Origin: Chiloscyllium plagiosum
Lineage: Eukaryota
Assembly (NCBI RefSeq): GCF_004010195.1
Contig: NC_057713.1
Location: forward strand, 102,737,242-102,801,241
DNA length: 64,000 nucleotides
Direction of reading: 5' to 3'
The position numbers were made by a program, and so were the translations under genes. A model generated the notes under the pieces. It searched no databases. It saw only the letters and a program-made list of their open reading frames with translations, and had not been told where the DNA came from. This document shows positions 12,573 through 23,704 of this stretch, in pieces (the first letter of the stretch is position 1; every line of letters begins with the position of its first letter).

Positions 12573-12621
12573 GCCGGTACACGTTTGCAGTTTGGCAGTG
12601 GGACCAGGCTCATTGTAACGG
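12573..12621 (+). CDS. TRGJ: TCR gamma J segment 4 (AGTRLQFGSGTRLIVT)
   Basis: Open frame, FGSGT motif, variant 12-RSS, phase-1 donor G|GTGAGT. Confidence 0.85.
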
Positions 12622-12689
12622 GTGAGTTTGATTTTGTTGCTCATCCCGGGATCATGTTCCCTTGCAGCTATAATAACCTGCAATTTGTG

Positions 12690-12746
12690 CAAACTGATTT
12701 TTAAAAATCTTCAGTTTTCGGTGCTGGGACTGAGCTGTGAGTCCCT
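12690..12746 (+). pseudogene. Decayed J segment (..VFGAGTEL*VP)
   Basis: TTC GGT GCT GGG ACT GAG CTG TGA GTC CCT|GTGAGT: FGAGT motif, stop codon, donor in the wrong phase, no recognisable nonamer. Confidence 0.65.
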
Positions 12747-13839
12747 GTGAGTCTTTCAAATCTAGCAATTTAATAATACACGGGAACAGTTCACACTCTG
12801 CTTCAGGGAGGCACGAAAAGGAACGTTTAGCATCGTCTTAGTGGCGATAGGTTGCTTTAATTTGTTGCGAATGGAACGTCTAGAAACCGGGGAGTTACAG
12901 TGGGACCCGAAAATGAACGAGGAACTTAGTTTCTCGTTCGAATCGTTCACTGCTCTCACACAAGTGTCGCCTCTATGGGCAAAGTCCAACATAAAGGAAT
13001 AAGCAGTGAATTTATGATACACAAAGCACGCTGAGTTTCTCCGACATTCTCTGTGTTTGTTTGAGATTCGAACATGCACCATATATGAATTTATATATAC
13101 TCCTTACAAAATTCAGATTGAAAGTACGTTATTTTGGAGCAGCGTTACGAACATGACTAAGGTCCCAAACTGTTTAGAATGTACATAAATCTGCACTTTA
13201 GGAGCTAGTGGATGTCTATGACATCGTAGCAGTAATTGATGCAGGAATAAAGCGAGGGTAACTTGGTAGGTCAGGACGGGGGACGACTGTGGGAAGGGGA
13301 GGCGAGCTGTCCGGTGTAGGTCTGTCCGCGCAGGTGAGAGGGACGGAGAGGCGACATGGGGGACCCGAGCCTCAAAAGGCCGGGAAGGTGGGCCGTTCAT
13401 TGCCGATCAGTCAGAATGAGGAAAGACCTGCATTTAATTCATGTTCAGCTTCAATATTACGGGGAGTCGACGCACTTTTAAAAGTTGCTTATCGTGCATT
13501 GATCACTTTAACTTAATTACCGTTGGTTCGAGGAAATTCTTAAAGAAAGGAAAGGGGCGACTTCGTATCTTTCAACAAAGAAACAAAGAAAGCGGCCAGG
13601 GAAGCATAAGTGTTAAGAGAATTGGGAAGAGGCGCGGGTAAAATTATAGGATGATGGATTAGAGAAGGAAGGTATTAGGTCTATCATACATGCACCACTT
13701 CTATCCAGTTGGCGGTTCTCCTTTGCTCACTCGTCATAACTTTATCTATTCCTACTTTTCAAAAATGGAATTAGTTTCCACAGATGTTACAGTCAGTGCA
13801 TTCCAAATCACAGCTGACCGTTTAACTTTGAACAAAGGC

Positions 13840-14220
13840 TAAACATGTTGGGACTCTACTCATTGGAGTTTAAAACAATGAGAGGTGATCTCATTGAAGC
13901 ACTTAGGATTCTTTAGGGTCTTGGCAGGATAAATGCTGAGGGGACGTTTTCCCTCATGGGAGAGTTTTGGATCAGAGGGCATTGCCCCAATTTAAGGCTG
14001 GGATGAGGGGGAATTTCTTCTCTCAAAATGTTGTGAGTTTTTCCAACTGTTTGCCGCGAAGAGCTGTGTTGGGCAGATTCCTTGCGGATACATAAGATAG
14101 ACAGATTCTTCATCAGTAGGGGAATCAAGGGCTACAGGTAATGGGCAGGAAAATGGACGTGAGAAATGTCGGATCAGCAGGCTGGAGGGCTCGAATTGTC
14201 TACTCCTATTCTTAAATCGT
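13840..14220 (+). mobile_element. Old CR1 3' fragment in the J-C intron
   Basis: GGAGTTTAAAACAATGAGAGGTGATCTCATTGAA...TACTCCTATTCTT CR1 3' end. Confidence 0.75.
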
Positions 14221-14303
14221 ATGGCCTTATAGTTGCACACTTATGGCCGCTGGTTCTTTGCACAATTGGTTTACGAATGCTCCCATGATTGCCTCATACT
14301 GGA

Positions 14304-14508
14304 AAAAGTGAGGACTGCAGATGCTGGAGATCAGAGCTGAAAATGTGTTGCTGGAAAAGCGCAGCAGGTCAGGCAGCATCCAAGGAGCAGGAGAATCGTC
14401 GTTTCGGGCATGAGCCCTTCTTCAGGAATCATGCCCGAAACGTCGATTCTCCTGCTCCTTGGATGCTGCCTGACCTGCTGCGCTTTTCCAGCAACACATT
14501 TTCAGCGC
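14304..14508. mobile_element. Penelope-type inverted-repeat (hairpin) element with 15-bp target-site duplication
   Basis: Arms ~14336-14413 and ~14429-14506 are near-perfect reverse complements. Flanks TGCCTCATACTGGAA (14290-304) and TGCCTCATAGTGGAA (14509-523). Confidence 0.8.
14398..14425 (-). ncRNA. Minimal hammerhead ribozyme core (Penelope-type), cleavage triplet mutated
   Basis: Minus strand: CUGAAGA-A-GGGC-UCAU-GCCC-GAAAC-GAC. The partner arm has GAAACGTC. Confidence 0.6.
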
Positions 14509-14632
14509 TGCCTCATAGTGGAAGCTATTTCTCCTTTTCACTCCACCTACAGACATGTGTGTGTTGTAAACTTATGTTTGTCCTTAACTGAGAAGTTTAC
14601 AGACATTTGTCTTTTTTTTTTGTTTGAATCAG

Positions 14633-14953
14633 ATGCAATTGTTCGGTCACCAAAAATACAAATGTTCCCTCCGAACAACACGGAACTGGATAGAGATAAA
14701 AAAGCGACCATCGTCTGTCTCCTGACTGACTTCTTTCCCGATGTCATTCGGGTTCAATGGACTATCGGGGGAACGAGCGCATCCGAAGACAAAGTGTCAA
14801 CTGACTCAGTGGAAACACAAGCAAACGGCACTTACTCAGTGATCAGTCGCCTGAAAATCACTAAGTTTGAATGGGACACGAGCAGCGTTCATTGCAGTGC
14901 GGAGCATGAACTACCTCCAAACAAAGCCACGATTAACAAGGCCTCCATTCCCG
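14633..14953 (+). CDS. TRGC: TCR gamma constant exon 1 (Ig C1 domain)
   Basis: Polypyrimidine tract and AG at 14631-32. DAIVRSPKIQMFPP...ATIVCLLTDFFPDVIRVQW...YSVISRL...VHCSAEH has both Cys and the Trp. 321 nt, phase 1/1, GT at 14954. Confidence 0.95.
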
Positions 14954-16032
14954 GTACTGTTTCCATTGTCTCCTCTTAGCTTCTACTTCTTAGTACAAGC
15001 GGGTTCAGGAATTATTTTGCATCAACTCTCATCTGACTGAAATGTTCGATTTTACACTTTCATTTTAAATTAGTGCATTTTATTTTAAATATAACGTTCA
15101 GTAGAGTCATAGTCCATCTTTTAATCACATAGAAAAGTTATACCGAAGGTTCAATCAGATTAAATTCCCCATGCCCTTTAGACAAGCTTTCTCAGAAGCT
15201 TATTAACTCCAATGCAGTTTTGGTGTTCATTAAATAACTTAACAGTAGTGATTACAAATGGAATCTTGCGATTTTCTGTTCAATATCTGTTAGAGATCAG
15301 GTTCTGTACTTGAGGTCGGTAAGTACCATGTTGTTCTAGCAAGGGCCGATTTAGCACAGCTTCTGACATGGGATGAAAAATCTTCCCAGCATTTATGTTG
15401 GAAACGTAACTTTTATTTCAATATAATATTCTATTTGTGCCCAACTCCCCGCTTGCGAAGTACTCCGGATTCTGAACGATCAGTTCTGGAATCTGTAAAT
15501 TTGATAAATTGTCACTAGAATGGGGGCGGGGGGGGGGGGGGGGGAGTAAACTTTTCAAAGCCAGCGTGGTTGTCCCGAGCGCCCGCGGAACTTCGTCGGG
15601 AGATCCGCTGCAATTCCGGAGGGAGTGGAGCATAAGTGGCATTTTTCAATACAACACCGAAAGAAGTGTAAGAAACCAGAGCAACATGATCAGTATTGAA
15701 TTCACAGTATCAGTCCAGGTTACAGTGAAATGCTGATCCTCCAGTGGGGACTGAGAAGTGAAACGTTCATTGAAAGAAAAAGCTAATGTGTTACACCCAC
15801 TGTTTTAACGGCAGAAAATTATTACTTTAACACGTTTTAATTCCTTGCCAAACCGAACTCCTTTGGCTCAGAGATTACGAACTCCCGCAAGTATGCTTCG
15901 TTTACTCAGTGCCATAACAGATTATCTCCAAATGGACAGACTAATTCATGTTTCCACCCCCTCTCGCCAGCCACTGCATCGCTGAATTCTCGAATTGCTT
16001 CTAATCTGTCGTCTTTCTTTCCCCACCCGTAG

Positions 16033-16107
16033 CTAACGCACAAAGTAATGCTGCAACCCAGACGTGTTCGCCTAGTGTTCAGAACCTAACAACAATCGAG
16101 ACTAAAG
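16033..16107 (+). CDS. TRGC: TCR gamma constant exon 2 (connecting peptide ANAQSNAATQTCSPSVQNLTTIETK)
   Basis: Acceptor TCTTTCTTTCCCCACCCGTAG, 75 nt, phase 1/1, donor AAG|GTAATT. Single Cys for the interchain disulfide and an NLT sequon. Confidence 0.85.
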
Positions 16108-16399
16108 GTAATTCCTGTGGGAGGACGAACCGGTTTGCCAAGTCTAGGCGAGGCTTCCAGTGTTCAGGCAATTAACTCGGAGGCCAGGCCGTGTATCGGT
16201 TGGTCGGTGGGTCGACACCCGCACAACGTGCAGAAACGCTCTTACCTTGTTAGAAAATCACAACTAATCCAGTATTGTTCTTCAAGGAAGGCAGTCAGCT
16301 GTCCTTTCTGGGGTCTCACCCATACCAAATCCAGCCCACTCTCACTATCGGATTGCTCGGCCAGAAAAGGGTTTAGAGAAACAAACAAAGTGAGCAAAG

Positions 16400-18560
16400 T
16401 AATACATTGGTAAAGGTGGTCTCAGAAGGATGAGAATGGAACTAAGGAAAATAAACTGGGGGAAAACAGTACTGACTAAGGAAGAGCTAGAACAGTAATG
16501 GGAAACATTCAAAAGAATGATGAATAGACCCTAAGACAAATAGATTCCATTGAAAACTCAAAATCAGATTAGACAATAATAACAGACCACGAAGATAGAG
16601 AGAAATCAAATTAATGAAAACTGTATTCAAATGCACATCAAAAAGAGACAATATGAGATTAACTGATCAAGGAATGCTAATGCGTACAGCTCCGAAAGCT
16701 AGTGTGCTTCCAATTAAACCCGTTGGACTATAACCTGGTGTGTGATTTTTAACTATATGTATGCACGTATTTTATATATATAGATGGATAGATAGATTAA
16801 CATTCTATAGCGATAAAATAGAAAAGGGAAACAATCGGGATAGTTGCAGGACCACTAAGAGATGCAGAGATATTTCAGGAATGACACTAAATATATGGCA
16901 GAAATATTAAATAAGTCCTTCTCCCAGGGAAATTAACATGCTGTACATGCCATTAAGATTAGAGTTCGAAAAAATGTGCAAGCATTTACAAATGGAAAAG
17001 GAGCGGTAATTGATTGACTAATCAAACTTTGAGAACATACACATCTGCCATTCCCGTCTCCTACAGTTCGTTCGTTAAAACATATGTCCAAGATTTTGCT
17101 CATTAGCTAAGAAATACGGTGTCATATTTCGAATGATTAGTTGAAGCATCTTGAGATAAAAAAGATACAAATTATTAACAATTTTTAAAAGGCATTTGAA
17201 TAAATACTTGAATAGGAAAGGATTAGAAGGATATGGGCCAAGTGCAGGGAAATGGGGTCAGCGCAGATCGACATTTTGATCGACATGGACCAGTTTGGGC
17301 CAAATGGCCTGTCTACGTGCTGTAGGACTCTAAGACTCTAAATTCAAATGGTTTCGGATCCAGATAGGTTGTGTCTGCGCCTTTTATAAAAAGTCAGGGA
17401 AGAACTAGGAGGGCGTCTTACAGATTTTTAGAAAATAGCGACATTACTATGAAAGAGAGATCGACAATTACTGCTCTTTCGAAAATATAAAAAATGGAAA
17501 TCAAACAAGCCTTTGGGAAATATAAGATCAATGTCGCTCATAATAAAAATAATGGAAATGTAGAAACCTGGAAATAGAAAGTTTATAGTCCATTGTGTTT
17601 GCATCAGCTCACTCCCATTTACTCCCATTTAATTCCAGTTTTGGTCCATAGTTCTGTTGGTTACAACCTTTCAAATGGATATCCAGATATCTTTACCAGA
17701 AAAATTTCATTCAAAAGCCTAGATAATGAAAACAATTAGCCGGTACAGATTTCAGTAAAGGAGGTTGTGATCGACTTGAAGTAGCAGGACCAGCAGACGA
17801 GGGTAATACCGTACATTTAGATTTCTGACTCATGTATATTGAATGTGTGGGATCAGAGAGCTAGGTGCCTCCAAAAAGGAAGCCTTAGAAGTGGCTAATC
17901 AGACTGGAAAAGAAATGCTGGGAAAATGTTGGAATAGGGCTTGTGCTAGGGACATTTTTGTTCAGCATTGACACAGATGATTTGGACTCACGAATTGGAA
18001 AAATAATTTCAACATTTTAAGATGTCAACTTGATGGTGAGGGTAGTTAAAAGACAGGAACGTAGTGATAAATTACAGGAAGACATTCACGAATCCGTAGA
18101 ATGAGCATGCTTTTAAGAATTGTGCTTTCATCTCTATAAGTATTCGGATACTCGATTTGGGAGGAAGAATAATGAGACAACATAACCCCTGAAAGTACAT
18201 TTGTAAATAGTCCAGAGAAACAGGGTGAGCTGGAATGCAGATACACAAGTCACTAAACGTGATGGTGGGGATTAGTAAGTTTATACAGAAAAAACTGAAA
18301 TTTTCTTCCAGAAGAATACGATTGGATAGGAGAAAAGTTTCATGTATACGTGGAGAAGCCTCATTTGACTCCATTTGGACTGATAATAAACGGTGCTGTT
18401 CTCTAAATTATAAAGACGCACTAGAAAAGAAGCAAAACTGATTTTTTAGGCTACCAGAACAGAGAAGTTACACCTAACCGAGAAAAATAAACAGCCTGAT
18501 TAACTTTTCTGTAAGGGAGAGTTAGAGCACAAACAAATATGTCATTAAGATTATAAAATT
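16400..18560 (+). mobile_element. Degenerate CR1 fragments in C intron 2, with a Penelope-type fragment at ~16663-16755
   Basis: CR1 3' end at 17170-17340, eroded RT-like stretches, and a GAAAGCTAGTG...GGACTATAACCTGGTG motif. Confidence 0.6.
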
Positions 18561-18627
18561 ACTTTATAGATAGATGAAACAAAACTAGATAGGAACAAAA
18601 CTAGAAAGTGCTATATTGAGTCACTAT

Positions 18628-18882
18628 TGGCTCAGTGGTTAGCACGGCTGCCTCACAGTTCGGTTCCAGCCTTGGGCGACATTCTTCCCGTGTCTGCGTC
18701 TGTTTCCTCCTACAATCCAAAGATGTGCAGGTTAGGTTCCATGCTAAATTGCCCATTGTATTCAGAAATGTGTAGGTTAGGTGCATTAGTCCGGACAAAT
18801 ATAGTGTAGGCGAATGAATCTGAGTGAGTTTCCCTTCGGAGGGTCGGTGTGGACGTGTTGGGCCGAACACTGTTGGGATTCT
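18628..18882 (+). mobile_element. V-SINE (HE1-like), degenerate
   Basis: TGGCTCAGTGGTTAGCAC head and GGGTCGGTGTGGAC tail. Confidence 0.8.
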
Positions 18883-19628
18883 AAAGTCAGTTAAAAAAAA
18901 CTAGATTATCGAGAGGATAGTTAAAAGGTAAAGGGAGTGAAGGGTACCGACTAGGGGACTGGTATCGATACAGATAAACCATGTGAACGAAAAAAGAGGG
19001 ATATTTTGAGCTGAGTCAAAGCTAGGGTTTGGGACCATAAAGACAGATGTGGAGCAGTTGGGCCAAATGGCCCGCCTCTGAGTTTAGATTTAGAAACGCC
19101 AGTACCACCTTCGCGGAGCTCGGGATTTTTCTACCTATTGCAAGTGTTTGAGGTTCTATTTGGCTGTCTCCCAACATTGAACAGCTTTTCGTCTTTACTG
19201 GTGAGAACCTTCTGCTGCACAATGTAATGTTTTGTCCCTGTTTAAGTGTGATTGTTCTCTGGTTTAAAGCAATCTAACAAAACTGGAAAGGACAATTCAT
19301 TTATCAATTCTAAATCCACCGGAAGTAGCTTTTTCCATGGTTTCGTGAGTGAAATGCTTAAGACTGGATCTGACAATCCATTTTAAATATGGAGTTTTGA
19401 CAAATAATTACTCAACCGAATTACGAGCAACGGATATCTCACTTAATCATTAAAGTACTTTGCCAAATCTAGCAGATAAATGTTTTTCACCCGCTGTAGT
19501 TTACAAGCGGAGTTCACTGCCCATTATTCGTTTTTCTCAAATGATTACACTTCAATTTAGCATGGTCTCCGATATTACAGAACCGCATTGTGCATAAATG
19601 CCGTATTTTGTGTTTCTTCATTTTTCAG

Positions 19629-19762
19629 AATGGCCTTTGAGTTCACTGCAGTTGGCGTCTTTTACATATACACTGCTTCTGTTGAAGAGCGTGGTCTATT
19701 GTGGGATTATCTCGTTCATCTTGTACAAAGTGGAGTACCGTGACGTGAAGAAGCCACTTTAA
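19629..19762 (+). CDS. TRGC: TCR gamma constant exon 3 (TM + cytoplasmic tail)
   Basis: Acceptor TTTCTTCATTTTTCAG. EWPLSSLQLASFTYTLLLLKSVVYCGIISFILYKVEYRDVKKPL* closely matches the TRGC TM (LQL...YxLLLLKSVVY) with the conserved Lys. Confidence 0.95.
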
Positions 19763-20147
19763 TCCGGTATCGACCACCTCCCATTTCAAAATTTGATAAC
19801 AGATCTCTATTTGGCTTATGCTCCGATTTCCTGTTTACACGCAGAAATTGTACTTTTTAACTGTCAGTGTATGAACAGCTTACAACTGTCATGTAAATAT
19901 ATCCGGGGCGGGGGAGGGGGTGGGGGTGTGGGGTGGGTGGTTATTTTCAATCTTGTGTGTGTGAATAATGAGCAAAGCCTTCTGTGTGGATGACGCATTC
20001 TTGTTAATCAAGTTAATGTGATGGTTTCCAGAAGTATTGCTTGATGTTTCAAATGCTGCACTTTGCGAATCTTTCGCTACAACAAAATTGTTGTCTTCAG
20101 TTATAAGTTCATTTTGTAATTTTACTTCACAATTTTGCAAATTTGAC

Positions 20148-20153
20148 AATAAA
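20148..20153 (+). terminator. Polyadenylation signal of TRGC
   Basis: First AATAAA seen after the stop (~385 nt downstream), followed by T-rich sequence. Confidence 0.7.
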
Positions 20154-20599
20154 GTATATTTCAAACTCATTTGATTATTTCCCCTGTTTTGCTCTCAACG
20201 AGGCAGTAATCACCAATTTAGTAATATATGTTCTAAAGAGTATCACCTGAAAATGCAGCAAAAATGCCAAATACTACTCAAAGTACCCAGTTGACTCATG
20301 CAAAGTCTTAACTTATACCATTAACATCTGATGTTAAGGAAACAACATTAGTGTCTTAATTCGTTATGGATATTAATTCAGCGTACAGTAATGCAGAAAC
20401 CTAGACTAAGAATTTAGGGAAGTTTAATTTAAGATGATAATTGGCAATAAAATCAGAAACAGAGATCATGAAGCTGAGTTCATTGTTAAAAAAACAGCGT
20501 GGTTCACTAATGCCCTGTAAAATTGAAGCTTAACCTTACTACTCTTGCAATCTATTTGCCTCGCAATAAATCATAATTTGTTAGCTTTCCTGATTAATT

Positions 20600-22030
20600 G
20601 CTGCATCTGCACACTAACCTTCGGTAATTCATACACTAGAAGACCCAGATGTCTCTGCATATCAGAGCTCTTCAAACTCTCACTGTTTAGGTAATGTAAT
20701 AACTTTGCCTTATTTGTGTCAAAATGGACAAGTTTATACTTTCTCACATTATATACTATTTGCTAGATCCTTGCCCACTCATTAACCTACCTACATCTTT
20801 TTGTAGGCTCCATATGTCTTCTTTATACAACTCACTTCCAAACCTAACTTTAAGCCATGTCATCAGCAAATTTAGCTACCATTCCTTTGATTCCTTATCT
20901 GAATCATTTATATAGATTAAAAGAATTGAGACCCCAACACCGACTCCTGTGGTGACAACCTGCCAGCCTGAAAAAGATCTATTCATTCCTATTTTCTGCC
21001 TCCTGTTAGCTAACGAATGTTATACCATGCCAGTATCGTAATCCCATCACCATGAGTTTTCATTTTCAAGAATACCTAAATTCACAGCTAACCTTGGAGG
21101 AACCGGTGTGGGAGAGCTCACGGCTAAGTGGCTTTTTAAAGTGTAAGGCCACTTTTGGAAAACTGCACGCAATTTTGGTCTCCCTACTATAGGAAGGTAG
21201 TTGTGAAACTTGAAAGGGCTCAGAAAAGATTCGCAAGGCTGTTGCCGGGGTTGGAGGGTTTGAGCTACTGGGACAGGCTGAATGGGCTGGAGCTATTTTC
21301 CCTGGAGCGTCGGAGGCTGAGAGGTGACCTTATAGAGGTTTATAAAACCATGAGGGTAAATAGACAAGGTCCTTTCCCTGAGTGTGAGAGTCAAAAACTA
21401 AAGGGCATAAGTTTAAGGTGAGAGGGAAAGATCTAAAAGGGACCCAAGGGCAACATTTCATAAAGTGGTGTATATAGAATGAGCTGCCAGAGGAAGTGGC
21501 GGAGGCTGGTGCAATTACAGCATTTAAAAGGCATCTGGATGGGTATATGAATAGGAGGAGGTTAGAGGGATATGGGCCAAATGCTGGCAAACAAACTAGA
21601 ATTATTTAGGATATCTGGTCGGCATGGATGAGTTGGACTGAAGGGTCTGCTTCGTGCTGTACATCTGTATGACGACATGATTAATCGGCACTGAATGCCT
21701 TCTGAAAAACTAAGTGTAATATATCCACGAGAGCACCTTTATCTACAGCACGTGTTACTTCTTCAAAGAACTCCAATAAATTATTTAAATTTGATCTCTT
21801 CGGCAAAACCATGTGGTTCTGTCTGATTATTTGAACTTATCCAAATCTTTAATAATAACTTCTAATGTTTTCCCTATTACAGATGTTAAGTTAATTGGCC
21901 TTTAGCTTCTTGTTTCCTTTCTCTGTCCCCTTTCGAATAAAAGAGTTGTAATTGTTATTTTCCAATTTAAAGGAATCTTCCCAAAATCTAATGAGTTTTC
22001 GAAAATTAAGACAAACGCATCAAATATCTA
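20600..22030. mobile_element. Old minus-strand CR1 with a plus-strand CR1 3' fragment (~21145-21675) inserted
   Basis: ORF 21155-21421 (QFWSPYYRK...LFSLERRRLRGDLIEVYK). The flanks are RT-like on minus. Confidence 0.75.
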
Positions 22031-22524
22031 CAATTACAATAATCAACGATCATTTTGAACGGCTAAGATCTCTTTAGCTCTCTCTATAGTCAAGGATTAT
22101 AGGTGCATTTTGGTAATGAAATTGCTGACAAGATTCAGTAGCACTGACGCCGTCTACTAATACTACAATGAAAACAGAATATTCGCAAGGGCAATTAAGG
22201 TTGGCTAATAAATGCCCGTGAAGGAAAAAGAATCTGGGAAGTTTTTTTTGAAGCCAGTAATGACCATATTCCAGATGTAACATGGCGTCAGTTTTACGGT
22301 CTCAGCAGTACAACCTATTGACAACAGAGCAGGGTGGTCAGTGTGTTGTGTTGGAGAATGTGACGCAGAATGACCCCGACAGTGAATTGTTGATCTCCTT
22401 CCTGGCTGTAGCAGAACGTGGAGGTCTGCCTGCCTGTCACTTTTGTTGAGTAATGTCCTCAAGCTATACGTAATAGATTTTTCTCTTCACTTGTGAGAGA
22501 TGACTATGGCTAATTACAAAATAC

Positions 22525-22902
22525 AGAGGTTTATAAAATCATGAGGGATATGGCTAGGATAAATAGAAAAAGTCTTTTCCCTGGGATGGGCGAGTCCAAA
22601 ACTAGAGGGCATAGATTTAGGGTGGGAGGGGTAAGATATAAAAGAGTCCTAAGGGGCAACTTTTTCAAGCCGAGAGTGGTACGTGTATGGAATGAGCTGC
22701 TAGAGGAAGTGGTAGAGGCTTGTACAATTGCAACATTTAAAAGGCATCTGTATGATTATATGAATAGGAAGGATTTGGCGGGATCTGGGCTGCGTGCTGG
22801 CAGGTGGGACTAGATTAGGTTGGGATATCTGGTCGGCATGGACCAGCTGGACAGAAGGACCTGTTTCCATGCTGTACATCTCAATGACTCCATGATTCTA
22901 TG
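22525..22902 (+). mobile_element. CR1 3' fragment
   Basis: ORF 22541-22813 (TRGHRFRV...RVVRVWNEL) and tail. Confidence 0.88.
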
Positions 22903-23076
22903 ACATCTTAGCTTGCTTATGTTCAACTTTACTTCACAGACAATCCTGTGAATCCATATGCAATATATATCTTAAAAGTTGTTGATTTTGTCAGTTCATA
23001 CATTTTTCTGAAACTTGTAATGCAATGAATTTTGTTGACAAAAATATTCCCTCTACTGCATATATTCAGAACGAAG

Positions 23077-23398
23077 CTAAAAATCACACAACACCAGGTT
23101 ATAGTCCAGCAGGTTTATTAGGAAATACTAGCTTTCTGAGCGCTACTCCTTCATCAGTTGGCTGTGGAGCAGACCATAAGATACAGAATTTAAAACAAAA
23201 GATTACAATGTCATGCAACTGAAATGATATATTGAACAAACTCAGATTTACATATTAATTAAGCAAACTTGGAAACCATTCTAAAAGATGAAAGACTTAA
23301 CAGCAATCGAGGTTTGTTCAATGTATCATTTCAGTTGCATGACACTGTAACTTTTTAACTTTGTCCACCCCAGTCCAACACCAGCTCCTCCGCATCAT
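23077..23398. mobile_element. Penelope-type element with internal inverted repeat and hammerhead core (23129-23157, minus)
   Basis: Minus strand: CUGAUGA-A-GGAG-UAGCG-CUCA-GAAAGCUA. Inverted repeat at ~23203-23241 / 23312-23350. Confidence 0.7.
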
Positions 23399-23704
23399 AT
23401 ACTCAGAACCGTTACAAGTGGAAAGGACAGCAAACTAACGGGAATGTTATGTATATTGCTCGAGAGGTGTACTCTCCTCAAGGGGAATAAAGGATTAAGC
23501 GGTCGGAACACCAACTATTTGTAAGTCGGTAACTTGCACTGTTCATGTAAACTCAGTCCCTTTACCAACTATCGTGAACATGACAGTAACATTCCAGATC
23601 CATGCTCGACAAAAGCCATTTCAAAACGACCGGTAGAAATGTTCACTCTGGCTGCCTCCCTCTACGGTTTTATCCAGAATCCTTCCTCTGCCCTAAACTT
23701 TAGG

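Noticed and set aside
14410-14632. N-terminal extension of ORF 14410-14979 that looks like a signal peptide (ILLLLGCCLTCCAF) fused to the Ig domain
   Set aside because: It derives from the hairpin repeat and intron. A strong acceptor at 14632 defines the real exon start.
19270-19344. Open 75-nt AG...GTGAGT segment in C intron 2
   Set aside because: Open only in phase 0. In the phase 1 required by TRGC it has an immediate TAA.
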